A stretch of 63,905 nt of DNA, the filler included, from Octopus bimaculoides (Eukaryota), in the NCBI RefSeq assembly GCF_001194135.2. It is 4 parts of 4 records of this genome, joined end to end, with 100 filler letters (N's around TTAATTAATTAA, not from the genome) between each part and the next. Parts side by side here need not be neighbours in the genome. Positions count along the whole stretch, not along the records: positions 1 to 22,523 come from NC_068987.1; 3 more parts are not named here. One strand, written 5' to 3'. Below the pieces are notes generated by a model. The model worked only from the letters and a program-made list of their open reading frames with translations, searched no databases and had not been told where the DNA came from. This document shows, one piece after another, positions 1-13,757 of the stretch; within the stretch, counting starts at the first letter, position 1, and every line of letters begins with the position of its first letter. Made by a program: the position numbers and the translations under genes.

Positions 1-300
1 TACTTCAAGGTGTTTCTGTCTCCAGTTTAAGTTGGTTTGTACAGTATTAGATTTATCTGTAGGGAAATATATGGTATGGTAGAAGGCTGTAAGAACTTCT
101 TTATTATCTTCCCTAGACCATTTTTCATTCTTTTTCTTTTGGTTATTTGATGACGAGCATGGATGGCCATCTGTTGGAATATTCCGGTTGTGGGGTACTT
201 CCAGCTCCTGTGTGTCGGGAAGATTTGAACCAGTAGCAGATTTCTCGTCTCGGATCTGGTTCATTATCCGAGTAAGTGGTCCTTTATAACCCGGTTATAA
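1..300 (-). mobile_element. Probable R4/Dong-like LINE fragment abutting a (TAA)n tract
   Basis: Coding-like minus-strand sequence ends at the microsatellite starting about 305, in the same context as the 1100-3130 element. No diagnostic motif. Confidence 0.35.
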
Positions 301-304
301 CCCG

Positions 305-367
<63 letters not shown>

Positions 368-369
<2 letters not shown>

Positions 370-620
370 GGTGGCGAACTGGCAGAATGGTTGGCACGCC
401 AGGTAGAATGCTTAGCAGCATTTTGTCGTCTTTACGTTCTGAGTTCAAATTCCACCGAGGCCGACTTTGCCTTTCATCCTCTCGGGGTTGATAAAATAAA
501 GTACCAGTTGAGCACTGGGATTGGTGTAATCGAACAGCCCTCTCCTTAAAATTTCAGGCCTTCTGCCTATTGCAGAAAGGTTTGTTATTGTTGTTATTAT
601 TATTATTATTATTATTATCT
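368..620 (+). mobile_element. tRNA-derived SINE family A, embedded in (TTA)n
   Basis: AAGGTGGCGAACTGGCAGAA...GAGTTCAAATTCC (B-box-like)...CAGGCCTTxTGCCTA...GAAAGG plus (TTA)n tail. Other copies: 845-1060(+), 5346-5560(+), 9220-9432(-), 15975-16195(+), 21820-22000(-), 22265-22492(-), 29350-29586(-), 53645-53862(-). Confidence 0.85.
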
Positions 621-1099
621 TCTTTCAATTTTGTTATTATTTCTTGCCGAGTGTCTTACCAACACTCAGGGCAATGATGCTCACTGCATACATTGGTAAG
701 CCATAAAAATAAACACACCAGATTGTTCATTTACAAACTCGTGATAGAAAAATGGAAGAAAAACAGAAGAAAGAAGGAAAAAAGAAAAAGAAGAAAGAAA
801 AAGGGGGTAAAGGAAAGAAAATTCACTGCGACAATGCTTTTCTCGGAAGCTGACAGAATCATTACCGCACCGGAAAAAATGCTTATCCGGATTTCGTTTG
901 TCTTTACGTTCTGAGTTCAAATTCCACTATGACCAACTTTGCCTTTGTTTATCTCGGGGTCGATGAAATAAGTATTAGTTGATCTCATGGGTTGATATAA
1001 TCGCCAAGCTCTCTCTCTCCCAAAATTTCAGGCCTTGTGCCTAGACTAGAAAGGATTATTGTTATTACTGTTGTTGTTTCACCGAATTAGTGTTTTGTC

Positions 1100-3130
1100 C
1101 GGTTTAATATGTTTCCCGTTGAACCATAACTCGTGGTGTGGGACGGAAAACACTTTTGTATTTTCCGTATAAAAGTTATTTTTATGCGTTCTTACATTGT
1201 ATGGACGACTTTCCGAAAAGTTCTTGATGAAACTAATAAACATATTTCTACATTGCAACTATTCTCAGATTGAGATCAAGCTTTTCAAGGTTTGTTCTTA
1301 ATTTCTTGTCACTGTTACCAAGATCCCAGTTTATTATTACTGGGACCTTAAAGCTGCTTTCTTCAAGCATTTGAACATTTCATAGTTCAAACGATGCGAT
1401 TCTCCTTTTTCTTTTCGTTTTACTCTTTTATCAAACGGGTATGTCAAATGAATTACGATATATAGATTTTTTCTTGCCGGCGGCTACAGTATTGCTTGTT
1501 ATTTACGACTCCAATTTCCCGTCTCTTCGACATCCATTAAACCTCTTCCTCTAGCTGTTTTCTAGTATGACCTGTCCTCAATCAGTTTAGAATTTAGAAC
1601 CTTCTCTATTCTGTGAAAATATTCTTTACTGGAGGCTTCCTTCATATTTACAACCTTGATCTTTTTCCTTTTGCTTTCCAATATTCCTAGATATTTATAT
1701 ATTTCTGCGACTAATGATTCTATATTTTCATCATTAGGTAAATCTATTCCAGCACTTTCTTTGAGTTTCCTTCGTTTCTTCTTTATCGTTGCACATTTTC
1801 CGAATCCGAACGTTATCCCAATTCTTTCACAAAATATTCTTATAGACTAAACTAAGGAGACCAGTTACTTCGTATTTTTGCCAAAAAGTTTTAAATCATC
1901 TATAAATAGGCGATAATCCACTGTCCACCAATTCTTTCTGAATGAGTATCCTTAATTTTATTTAGTATTATCAGCAAAGATATCGGTGCGATTACAAACA
2001 AAATGGGAGAGAAGCTATCTCATTGAATAATTCCTCTTCTGATCTGGTCGTCTTTTCCCTCTGATTCAAGATCTTGATGAGTTCAAGGCATCACTTGATC
2101 CACGAGTTTGGGACTAGGTTGTACGCTTTTCTCCAACTGATCCACGTGATGCATAAATTTTTCAATCTCTTTCCCCAATTTCTCAAGATGATCTTGCTAA
2201 TCATTGAATGATTTTTCGTTGCCAACCTTTCTGCTTATCAGGCATTAAATGTTTCTCATATAGAAGTTGCTATTACTCTTCCGCAATGAGCACTGTTAAA
2301 TTGAAAGACACGTAATTCGTCGGTAATTTGGGGCAGATTTCCTTTCAATTAGTCTTTCAGTATTCGGCAGTTTCTTCTTTTTGTAACCTCATGATACCCC
2401 TTACTTATACACTCACATAGCTGTATTACTATGGTTTTATGGAGAATCCAGTATAATCATGGATTAGGTCTGGTCCAGTTACTTTCCTCTTCTCTACCTT
2501 TTTCAATCGCCTTCGAACATTTGCTTCCGATAATAAAATCTTTCTGCCCCTCAACATTTTCGGTTTAATTTTCCACTTGTTTTATCCATGCACTTTAATG
2601 TTCTGTTCCGCATTTTCCCCTAAATTTCTTCTCAATACAGCTGGCTTTCTCCAGCATTTGATCTTCCGTTTTAGCTCCTCTTTTCCTTCAAGAATATCAA
2701 ACAGGTGTTTCTGGTCTGATTAAAAAATAGGCGATTTTGTTTATATTGACAGTTCCTTCATATTTTCTGATTATGGCAGTTTTTACCTTTACTTTTTGTG
2801 TTAGTTCGATCGTTGTCCCAATTCCATTTTTGTTACGCTTTTCCTCTAATCTCCATTTCTCTTCCTTCTTTAATTTATTATGCTTCAACTGATCCAGTTT
2901 ACTTATATCTCTTATAAGACTGTTAATCTTCCTTTTCCTTAGTATCCACCTTTTTCATCAGGGTACCAGCTGGTCTTTCTTTTTTTCTTTCATTTTCTGT
3001 TTTTTTCTCTTTTTCCTCAACAATTCTGAAACTACATTAGCACCAGCTAATATCAGTATGCTTGTAACTTTAATGTTTTTGCGGGTAATCTTATTAATCA
3101 CATTATTTACTTTTTGCTGGGATTTTCTCT
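1100..3130 (-). mobile_element. Decayed R4/Dong-clade non-LTR retrotransposon (RT region)
   Basis: Minus-strand remnants KITRKNIKVTSILILAGANVVSELL and ISKIILRNWGKRLKNLCITWISWRKAYNLVPNSWIK (RT domain of RLE-type elements). The 5' end abuts (TAA)n at 3135-3207. Confidence 0.75.
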
Positions 3131-3151
3131 GTATTATTATTATTATTATTA

Positions 3152-3210
<59 letters not shown>

Positions 3211-3439
3211 CAATCTTGTTTTTTATCACTACAAAGGGGAGCATATCTTTATGACATGATTACATGTACCGTTTCGCTTTCGTTTTATTCTTTTTATTGT
3301 TTTGTTTTTCTTATATTTTTGCATCTAAATAACTCTAAATAATNNNNNNNNNNNNNTATATATATATATATATTTGTGCGTTTGCTTGCGCATTGTGTGT
3401 GCGTGTGCGTGCACGCAATTTGTTTATATGGATGTCCTA

Positions 3440-3600
3440 ATGTTTAGGTTAAGAATTTGCTTGCATCTTTGTTAATCATTCCCAAGGCATCTATTATGAT
3501 GGCAATTGTTTTTTCTTCCATCTTCACTGGCTATTTAAATCTCCCGATCATTTATATTTGGAGAGTTTCACCATTTCTTTCGGAAGATATATTGTCACAC
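3440..3600 (-). mobile_element. R4-like LINE endonuclease (RLE) remnant
   Basis: KLSKYK... and IAIIIDALGMINKDASKFL, homologous to the 8860-9220 copy. Confidence 0.55.
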
Positions 3601-3902
3601 ATTTTCCATTCCTTATAACTCTTAAACATTATACCACTGCAGACCAAAGATTCAGGTTCACTTTATTTCTTTCTTCTTTTTTTCTGTTCGTATATCAAAC
3701 GAAAAGTTTTACAACCAAAGTATTTTCATTAAATTTATATTTAAATAATTAAATGGATGCATTATTTGGCACGTTATTGTTTCTTCTCATCTTAACTGCA
3801 CACACACAACACACACACACAGAGGCGCGCGCGCACACACGAACACACATACATACGATCACACAAACACATACACACATACACACACATATACATGTAT
3901 AC

Positions 3903-3935
<33 letters not shown>

Positions 3936-4018
3936 CAGATATCTATATATACATATATATATATATTTACATATATGCAATTATATATGCATGTAAGTAT
4001 GTGTATACATATATGTGT

Positions 4019-4096
<78 letters not shown>

Positions 4097-4980
4097 AAAG
4101 AGCGATGATAGAAACAGAAATATTTTCATTAGTCTCAATAAGAACGAAAATAAAATTCCCGAGGAACAATGAAAATAAATTTAAGGTTAACGTTAAGAAA
4201 GAAAATAAGATGACTTAATTAATTTTGTTTCACTAAGTGAGTTTCTATATTTTCAATGCGCTCCGTTAAATTTACAACCTGTTATAAATCGTTGATTATT
4301 GGATGAAATTGACTGAGACAGCATCTCATAAAATCAGAATACGATTACTTTGATGAAAGCGGAATGGAATAACTGAATTCTCCACTTTAGCATGAAATAA
4401 GTTTGCAAAAATGTTTATTTGAGGTCGATGTAAGATAAACTAAAACAGTAACTGACGGAGAAAAGAATGAGGAAAAAGGAGAAAGCAATCAATAAAAGAA
4501 AAGAAGGGGAAATTGAAAAAAAAAGTTTGATAGCCTGATGATGATAATTGTACATGATTCTGTCTTGATTTCAGCTATAAGACGTGAGTCTAATATTATA
4601 AGTCTTATGAATTTAGAGAACTTACCTTCTTAACTTGCTTAAAAAAAGTTTAAATTAGCTTGCTCCGTCTCACCGCTGTTTTGTTCTGTTTGTGGACGAA
4701 ATAACAATAAGAGACGTGCGGCATCGTTAGCATCATACTGATTGTACTTTTATTTGAAACATATCTGACTAGTAAAAATGATAGAATCGGCAGAAACTTA
4801 ATCTAAATTTGAACGTTTTAATATATCAAATGTAGTTTAGCATCATATCATGGAAAGATACTAATGTTCCGAGTTTACTGTTTCATAGCCAAAATAAAGC
4901 CAACGAACTAAGTGATTTTTCACCGTGCAAACAATGGACCATGTAAGAGGATACCTACGTGTGTGTTTTTACTAATAATA

Positions 4981-5023
<43 letters not shown>

Positions 5024-5639
5024 CATCACAGTAGATCGACTTCATTTGATCGCTTATAATGCATGCCTTTTTTTAATTGATTTTCTTGTAAAGCCTGGTA
5101 ACCAGATATATTTTGTTTGGGTTACGTACTTGAGTGAATTTCCTCCCGGACGACTACTTTGATGTTCACAAATTCTTATCATAATGTCTAATGTGGTGAG
5201 TCCTGTAGTATTTTCGATGTTGTGGGTGGGAGATACTCGTTTGTGTATGGATGTTTTGGCTGTATTGTTTTCTTCCTTTTCTAGAGCCTTATGTTATTTG
5301 TTTGGAGTCTGTAATTTCTTTTACGGTTAATATTTATACTGAAACTAAGGCAGCGAGCCGGCAGAACCCTTAACACGCCGGGCAAAAAGCTTAGCGGCCT
5401 TTTCTCCATCTTTAAAGTTTGAGTTCAAATTCTGCCGAGGTCGACTTTGCCTTTCATCCTTGCGGGGTCGATAAAATAAGTACCAGTTGAACATTGGTAC
5501 TTATTTTATCCCCCGAACTTGCTTGCCTTGTGTCAAAATGTGAAACCAATATTCATACTGAAACTCAGAAATAGAGGCAACGTTTCTCCCAGTTGTTACG
5601 TCTCCGAAGTTTCAAAGTACTCACACTATAACGATCTCT

Positions 5640-6480
5640 GAAAGAAATTCCAGCTGATATTTATGTTATTGATTGCAGTTAGCTATAAAGTATAGATTAA
5701 GCAAGAGCATCACCCTGTATAACATTCATTTCTATATGTAAAGATGTAGAAAGATTTCTTCAGTAGAATAACTCTCTGTCATATCTTCCTGAAGAGTTTT
5801 GACTACACTTTACAAAAGAGGCGTAGATACGAAGAGTAAGAGTACCAGAAATTTCCATACAATATTATGTAACATTGAATTGAAAACTATCGGCAAGATC
5901 ATCGAAAATAATGAATGAATAACGATATTGTTCTTGACATTTTCATGGACCTGTTGAAATGAAAACAATTATATTGATCGCTCCTCAATCAGATTTTAGT
6001 GCACTTTGGCTTTCCGGAAGAATTCGTTCTACGGTTGGAATCAATCAAGGAAGAAATATTTTTGTAAGAAATTTTCTATCAATAAAAACAAGATAGACAT
6101 CTCGGTAATTTCTACATTGTATGCGTTGTCTTTCTTTGAATATTTGTCACAATGTCAGCATTTTCTATTTTCTTTTTTTTTTAACTGTCAGTAGATACTG
6201 AGGAGATGATAAATTCTAGTGAGGCCGCCATATTTGATAAGATCCGATAGAATCTGAGCCGGCTCTGCAAATAAAATATTTCAGTTATCTGTTGCGAGTA
6301 ACGAAATTCTTGTTCAAGCCAGATTCAACAGTATTGAAGTTGGAGTGTAACATCACTTGCTGCAATGGGTTGGTCTCATTCGAAAAATATAGAATTATCA
6401 ACTACATAAGAGGCTGCAGTACGGAGATCTGCAACAAGGAACACGTCCAACAGAAGCTACAATGTAGTGATAAGGGTCAA
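5640..6480. mobile_element. Decayed RTE-clade LINE with inverted 5' part
   Basis: Minus strand 5640-6250 reads LIPTVERILPESQ...KCQEQYRYSFIIF and VIQGDALA. Plus strand about 6290-6480 reads NEILVQARFNSIE...LQWVGLIRKI...KRLQYGDLQQGTR (RTE C-terminus). Confidence 0.65.
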
Positions 6481-7769
6481 ATATAACAAGTAGTCAAAAC
6501 TTCGTATACTAGATTTAGTATCATCATGTAATGGAAGTTTAAAACTTCAATGCATTGTTCGTCGCATCAACAATCTTTTAAAATTTTGTCTATAATTTGG
6601 ATACCAATCAGTATATGATATGCCACTCTGCCCCTGAACCACGTATTACATAACCTTCACAGTGAGATAACATTAAAATGAAACTACGAAATTTATTTTA
6701 TTTCAGTTAAGCTATTTATTTTATTTCATTTTCACTTTTCCATACGTTTATATAATTATCATTAAAAATTTATTAATATTTANNNNNNNNNNNNNNNNNN
6801 NNNNNNNNNNNNNNNNNNNNNNNNNNNNNNNNNNNNNNNNNNNNNNNNNNNNNNNNNNNNNNNNNNNNNNNNNNNNATATATATATATATATATACTTAT
6901 ATATGGTGAATATATGCATGCACATATATATCTATATACACTCACTAATATTTGAACGTATATAATTTTAAAACTACGATAAAACAATAAATAAAACAAA
7001 ATACAGTTAAAGGAAATAAAATTTGTACGATGACTAGATTGGCTGAGTATATACGATCTTAATCATTCGACCATTTCTCAAACTGCATTTGAGCGCAACC
7101 AAATGTACCATTTAGTATTCTTTAAAGAAAAAATTCTTTTAAGTTCAGAGTACTAATCATTTATACTTTGCATGCTGTTTATTTCTTGAACCTAACTGTT
7201 TTTGTGTCATAATGTCTTCAGAAAGTGTATGACACTGCAGAGGTATTAACTGCTTACTTAATTTTCAAAGAACAGTGTATCGTAATTCTTCGTTCTTTTC
7301 ATTTTCTTCGTTATTTTCCTGAGAATGAATTTTGTTTTGTAAAAACATTGTTCCTCCTTTCGCTGTTTTATGTTGAATTTTTCTTTCTCTGTGGTATTTT
7401 CACTTTTCCTTTCGTATTTTTACCGAGTGTTTGGGAATTTTCATTTGTAATTATTAATTTCTTCCTCATTGGACGATTAAAGTATGATAATACAACTTGG
7501 CACTGTTAGAGAACGAGGTGTTTTGTTCATTATTCGAGATACTTGGCATAAAGTTACTTCGTTTTCCCTGCCCATTTGGCAGGTGATGCTCTGGAAATTG
7601 AGGTTTGAAGTTTTTAGTTTTATTTATTTACTTATTTATTTTTGTGTTATTATCATCGTGTTTTTGCTTAATCTTCCTTGTTCTTCCGAACGTTCAGCGC
7701 TTGGGTAGATTTAACCACTACAAATGTAACAACTATACTTTCTAATCTGTGGTATTAGTTTCATGTCTT

Positions 7770-8260
7770 TGTCACGGTGCTTACCACTAGGCATAGTTCC
7801 CATATGGTTCGGTAGCATTCAGGTTTCATAATGCCTTGCAAATCAATTTTGGCATCCCCTGGTCATTAATCTTTCGTTAATCCTGCTTGACCACTCTCTT
7901 ATACTGCGACACAAGAGTCAATACTAACCGTAAATCTGTATCATTTCCGATGTTTTTTTATTGTCCGTCTTGTTTCTTTGATTCATCTACTGAGGCACAA
8001 ATCTATAAGGTGTGTCAAAAGTATGGCTGATAATTTCAGCCTGAGTTGGTTACGTGTTTAGTTGTAAAGGTACAGCAGATAGTGCTTTAACTTTTACCTT
8101 TCTCTATCTTCGGGAGCCAGTTGAACTACTTGACGTGAAGGAATATGTAATCTGCTTCCGTCTTGTTGTAAGAAGAAATATATAATTTTTGTCTATGTCT
8201 GTCCCGGATTAACTCCTCCTATGGCAAAGAAATACAGTTCGTTTTTACAAAATTCTTCCA
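7770..8260 (-). mobile_element. Degenerate R4-like LINE fragment
   Basis: Coding-like decayed minus-strand sequence resembling the zinc-knuckle region of the 30950 element. Weak. Confidence 0.35.
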
Positions 8261-8859
8261 TTATGTTCTAGTAACTGTGCTAGATTTAAGAATTCCATAT
8301 GTTCAATCTGTATTAAAGGAAATCAAATCATAGCAGTTTAAATCTTAAGTGTCGCTGTTACTATTATTGCTGTTACTAACTGTTGTTGCTTTCTAAATTA
8401 TTTATTTGAGAATTTAAAGCATTTCTTTCAAACGTGTTCATTTCCTTTTTCCTCTTGTATATTTAGCTGTGTTTTGATTTTTTTTTCCATTGTAGTATTT
8501 AATCTTGTAACATAACTGGTAGCTATTTTTGAAAATGAAAATATAATGTGTAATTAAATTGTAAAAGTTTGTGACACAAACCACTTTATTATTTTTTTTT
8601 TGTATCTCTAGATATCGAGATAACCCTTCCTTAAGCAGTTATAGGTTTTATCTGGGGGTTTTTTACAAGTATCGTAAAGAAAGGTTTCGTTTGATAATGC
8701 TTGAATAAATCATGTTTCGCACAGAGAAGCAAAAATGGCGTTGTCAAACTACTAAAGACAAATAACAACAACAATAGTAATAATGATAATAATAATAACA
8801 ATAATGATAATAGATCAAGGCTATTAGACCGGATATAGTTGTCAGGGATGACGAAGAAG

Positions 8860-9187
8860 AAAACAAAATGATTTTTAATCGCCGTATGAAAACAACCGAC
8901 AGGCTCTCAAAATACAAAGATCTGGAAATGGAGGTAACCCGAATGTGGAGCCTAAAAGCAGAAAGGTATGATTAAAAGACATTCCAGACAAATACATAAC
9001 CAAGTCACCAGAACTTACGAATATATATATAACACAGAAAATAGCACCACTAGGTACCGCGCACATCTTACGTAAAGCATTTTCAATAGAGTAAAAATAA
9101 GAGCACCACAACAAACCGCAACATATACCCAAGGCACAAGAGCTGCACTCGGTAAAGCAGTGAAAGCACACGATAAAAATAAACTAT

Positions 9188-9220
<33 letters not shown>
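8860..9220 (+). mobile_element. 3' end of R4/Dong-like LINE with (AAT)n tail
   Basis: LSKYKDLEMEVTRMWSLK...QKIAPLGTAHILRKAFSIE*, then a 3' UTR and AATAATAAT tail. Confidence 0.8.
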
Positions 9221-9544
9221 GTTTAAAATGTTGCTACAATAGCAGCAATTTGTGGGAAGGGAATGAGTCGACTACATCAATCCCAGTGTTCAACTGGTTC
9301 TTATTTTATCGACTGCGAAAAGATGAATGGTAAAGTCGACCCCGGCAGAATTTGAACTCAGAACGTAGCGAAGAGCGAAATACCGCTAAGCGTTTCGTCC
9401 AGTGCTTTAACGACTCTCCTAGCTCGCCGCCTTGCCAGCTCAACGTGCCATAATAACGTGTCTTCCGCTGATGTGGAAACTATTGTCAAGTGCTTTGACC
9501 GGTGAACTGTATAGATATTTTTTTTTTTAATGTGGGCTGCTACC

Positions 9545-9672
9545 TATTGAACAGAAAGGGTGCCAAAAGAGGAGCCGGGGAACGAAAGATCAGCTGTTAA
9601 TTGGTAATCTAATTATCAGAAACTGCTAGAGAAGACACTCAGATCTGTGCATGGCATGGACTGATTATCGTA
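9545..9672 (+). mobile_element. R4-like RT fragment
   Basis: [41 protein letters not shown]. Confidence 0.75.
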
Positions 9673-10446
9673 AATTATTTTCCTTAAAGGAAAATGTCTT
9701 CCTTCATTAAAATCTTTTTAAAAAATGAAAAATTTCGTTTTTTTTTTCCATTGTTTTATTTCATTAAATATTTTTTTCTTTTTCAAGAACAAACCATTCA
9801 AGGTTCTGTCACGTCTTCATTTTCAAAGTTAGGGCTTTTATTTCCTTGTCTACGGGTTGATCTTGGACGTGTGGGTAAACAATGATACTTTGGAGTCACC
9901 ATGACAGCAAACCGTTTCTATTTGCGTTCTGTGGACAGTTAAGTTATTCGACGGGCTAATTTTTCTATTACTAATTTCCCGGGAGAAAAATGAATGCAAT
10001 TTATGTCCTCGGCATGCAAAATTATATCAGTGCAGAAAATTTGAAAACAATCTAGTGGAAACATGTAATTATTCAAGTAATTGAGAGAAATTTAACAAGA
10101 CTCCGAAACTGGACTAAGTTAGTAGTTGAGGATAAAATTAAGTTATACCTGAGACATCGGCACTGCTTAACCAGCTCGGATCTAATCATTCTCTTTCCAG
10201 AAGAAAAAGATAAAATAAGGTGAACCGTTACTTGTAGATGTATAAATAGAAAAAGATTGGAATTGATAAACCTACACCAGCTCCTGCAGGGAAGTGCATG
10301 TTGGAAGAGGAAATAAGTGTGGGGCTGTAGAAACTGTATGCTTATTCGATGAATATACATACTTTTGGTCTCGTATTTAGGGAAACGTGTAAATATTGTG
10401 ATACTAAGCTGTGTGTCACCTGAAATAAATTTTATTTATTTTAGGC

Positions 10447-10831
10447 TGTTGTTGTAGGCACTCCGTCACTTACGACGTCGAGGGTTCCAGTTGATCCGAT
10501 CAACGGAACAGCCTGCTCGTGAAATTAACGTGCAAGTGACTGAGCACTCCACAGACACGTGTACCCTTAACGTAGTTCTCGGGGATATTCAGCGTGACAC
10601 AGTGTGACAAAGCTGGCCCTTTGAATTACAGGTACAACAGAAACAGGAAGAAAGAGTGAGAGAAAGTTGTGGTGAAAGAGTACAGCAGGGTTCGCCAACA
10701 ACCCCTGCCGGAGCCTCGTGGAGCTTTAGGTGTTTTCGCTCAATAAACACTCACAACGCCCGGTCTGGGAATCGAAACCGCGATCCTATGACCGCGAGTC
10801 CGCTGCCCTAACCACTGGGCCATTGCGCCTC
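10447..10831 (-). mobile_element. tRNA-derived SINE family B (full length)
   Basis: Reverse complement of GAGGCGCAATGGCCCAGTGGTTAGGG...GGTTTCGATTCCC...GACGGAGTGCC(ACA)n, near-identical to the 40013 and 62459 copies. Confidence 0.92.
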
Positions 10832-11109
10832 CCAACCTCGCGCAAAAACTGTTCTAATTTAAAAGTTGGGGTATAGATGCTTCACTTCCTAAAATGTGCT
10901 GAGGAACTACAAACACATTCAAGGGGAGAGTATGGGTCTAACCTCAACCACCAGAAGACCTTAAGTCCTCTGGGAAAATAACAAAACTATTTACTGCCTG
11001 CAATACCATCTACATCTACAACAACAGTAAAAGAACAAGAAAAACAGGAAGAAAAGCTGAAAAAACAAAGCCATATTTTGAGTGTAGGTCCTGTCTTTTT
11101 AGATATCCC

Positions 11110-11660
11110 GTAGTCTGGCTGAGTGTTGGGGCACCACTGATAACATTACGACCAGATCCCTCCACCGTCTCTGTCTTCTGCCTCTCGCACTGCGTCTGTC
11201 ATCTTTAGGCCAGTCCACTCACAGATGTTTTCTCACCTCTTTACCTCTTTCTCTGTCTGCATCTGCGTCTGCCTGTTCCGTGAAGGATTGTTTTGACTAT
11301 TCCTGATGAGCGGATGACATGCCCAAACCACCTAAACTTGCGTTTCTTTACTGTGGTAAGAAGTTCCTCATAGGAGCCCTACTACCTACCTTATTCTTTT
11401 CAATTCCTCATTTGTGACACGATCTCTGTATGATATTCCCAAAATCCTCTTGAAACATTTCATCTCTGTAACCCGGAATCTTCTTTCGATTTTTACTGTC
11501 AGTGTTTATCTGTCACAGGTATATAGGAATATTGAGATCACGAGTGATCTCATTAGCCTAATTTTGGAGCTTAGTGATTTCGGTCCTGTCTTGCAAGTTG
11601 ACAAACTCACCGCTGTGATTCATCGTTCTATGATAATACACTGGAGTTTCCATAACACCA
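11110..11660 (-). mobile_element. RTE LINE 3' remnant
   Basis: RLMRSLVISIFLYTCDR*TLTVKIERRFRVTEMKCFKRILGISYRDRVTNEE...ENICEWTGLKMTDAVREAEDR. Confidence 0.8.
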
Positions 11661-12394
11661 AATAGTTTCTATTCCCATTGGTTGGACGACTGACTGAGCC
11701 ATTCGATTAACTTAAATTACATAACTTTAAATTCTTGTAACTTTTGTTAGTATTAACTTCTCGAAAAACATTAATGCGATTTTCATCATCAGCAAGCAAA
11801 ATTACATCAAACGTACATTTTTTGAAAATATTCTGGCGAAAACTTGAGTGATTGAAAGAAGTTTAGCGAGATCGTAGATTTGCATTATGCTGGCAAATGA
11901 CGTTTTTGTGTTTGTAGCAATGGACGAGTTGTTACTGCTATTACTATTGCTAGTATTACTGCTGTTGCTTTTGCTTCTCTTGTTTTCTCTTGTTTTTCTC
12001 TTTTTTGCTGTTCCCGTTGTTGTAGTTATTGATTATGATCATGATCATGATGATCATGATTATGTTGGGGTGGTAATGGTGGTAATAATAGTTTTGTTGA
12101 TATTTTGGTTGCTGTTATAGGTGGTTGTGTTGGTGGTGGTGTTATTTTTGTAACTGGTGTCGTTGTTGTATTTGTTGATGTTCACGTTGTTGCTTTATGA
12201 GACACAGTGGGTTGTCTTCCTTAGGCTTGGCTTCAGCAGATAAAATGTCACATTCCTTCGTATCAACTGTGTCAGTTGATTCGTTCAAAGACGAGATAGG
12301 AAGGAACAGAAGTAGATTTTTCACCTTCACCTAATATACCTTTCTTTTATTTTAATTTAGTCGATTTGAAAGTTCAATAAGTCTTAATAGATGA

Positions 12395-12620
12395 TAATTT
12401 ATTTCTCAAACAAGTAGATAAATTATCCAAATATAAAGATCTGGAAATACGAATAGCATGATTGGGNNNNNNNNNNGGGTTCTGCAAACCGAAACCATAC
12501 ATTTTGTTATTTGTATATTAAGAATGATTTTTAAAAAAAAGAAACAAGCAGACAAATACATAACCCAAATCCGAGGTCATGTACATAAGCGGGATCTTTT
12601 CCACTCAGATGTAGTTTGCA
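12395..12620 (+). mobile_element. R4-like LINE 3' remnant
   Basis: KLSKYKDLEIRIA, homologous to the 8860 copy. Confidence 0.6.
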
Positions 12621-12639
12621 GGCTGATGACAAATATCGC

Positions 12640-13010
12640 GTTAATATTTTTGGAAAATTAATAATAAACAAGATAGAAGCTTTTGAAGTTTTGTGTTTTT
12701 AGCCAATGAAATAAGTACAGTGTCCTCACAAACAGAATAATTTTTGTAATTACACCAATCCCTAGTTCTTTCCAAAACTTGTCAACAGAATTAATTAATG
12801 AAGCTGAGAACATTGGATTAACATTTATTGGCTAAAAATGCTTCACTTTAATTATTTTTAACTTCTTTATTATAAATTATTCCAAAATAATAACTGCGAT
12901 ATTCGTCATCAGCATGCAAAACTATATCAAAAATACACTTTTTTGAAAATTTTTAGATTAAGATTTGTGGTTGGAAGAAAACGGAGAAGATCTCATAAGA
13001 GTAAATACGG
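12640..13010. mobile_element. Degenerate MITE-like DNA element; related fragment at about 11710-11880
   Basis: Internal inverted repeat TTTTTAGCCAAT/ATTGGCTAAAAA. The segment TTCxTCATCAGCAxGCAAAA..TxTCAAA..TACAxTTTTTGAAAAT is shared with 11780-11830. Confidence 0.45.
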
Positions 13011-13757
13011 CTCCGTATTGAATTCCATTTAATTTAAACAAAAATTAACTAAGAGAAATAATTCAATGGCCAGTGGCATGTATTTGAACAACGTAGACAA
13101 ATACAAGTCTATCATATATCTTACAATTATTATCTCCGTTTCTATTGCCAAATGTCAATTAAGACCAGCCTTTACTTACACACTAATGTCTTTAGCAACG
13201 GCAGGAGCGGTACAGTTTCTTTATCAATCTGTAGAGAAACTAAAAAAATTTTAAATACTAATTTCGTTATTTATTCCTTTGATGTATTCTGATTTCTAGA
13301 ATATTCCTCCAGTTGGCATTTCTATAATTTCTAATTCTAAGAAAAAGAGATTGAAAAATGCTTGTTATTCTTATTTCATTTTTTTTTTTAATAATTAGTA
13401 ATTTGTGATATTTATGGCAAATAACGCTCGTAATATTTCAAAAATAATGAATGCCTGCTCGTTATTAATATAGAAAAGAATAAATTTAAAGGAACTTGTA
13501 GATTGCCAGAAGAAAATAGCTTATAGCATCTTGTTTCTAGAATCTCTTTTACCTTTCGTCTTCCCAGTGTCAATAATATGTTTACTAGTAATAGACGAAA
13601 GATCGTTCAATATCATATTGCATCAAAGTTAATCTTTGGAACTTGTCAAAAAATATTCTGTATGATACAAAAATAATAATCACCAGGAAAATATGTTTTC
13701 TGAGAGCAAAATCTAATGCCCAGTTTCAATTCTTGAAATCACTTCACAAACTCCTTA

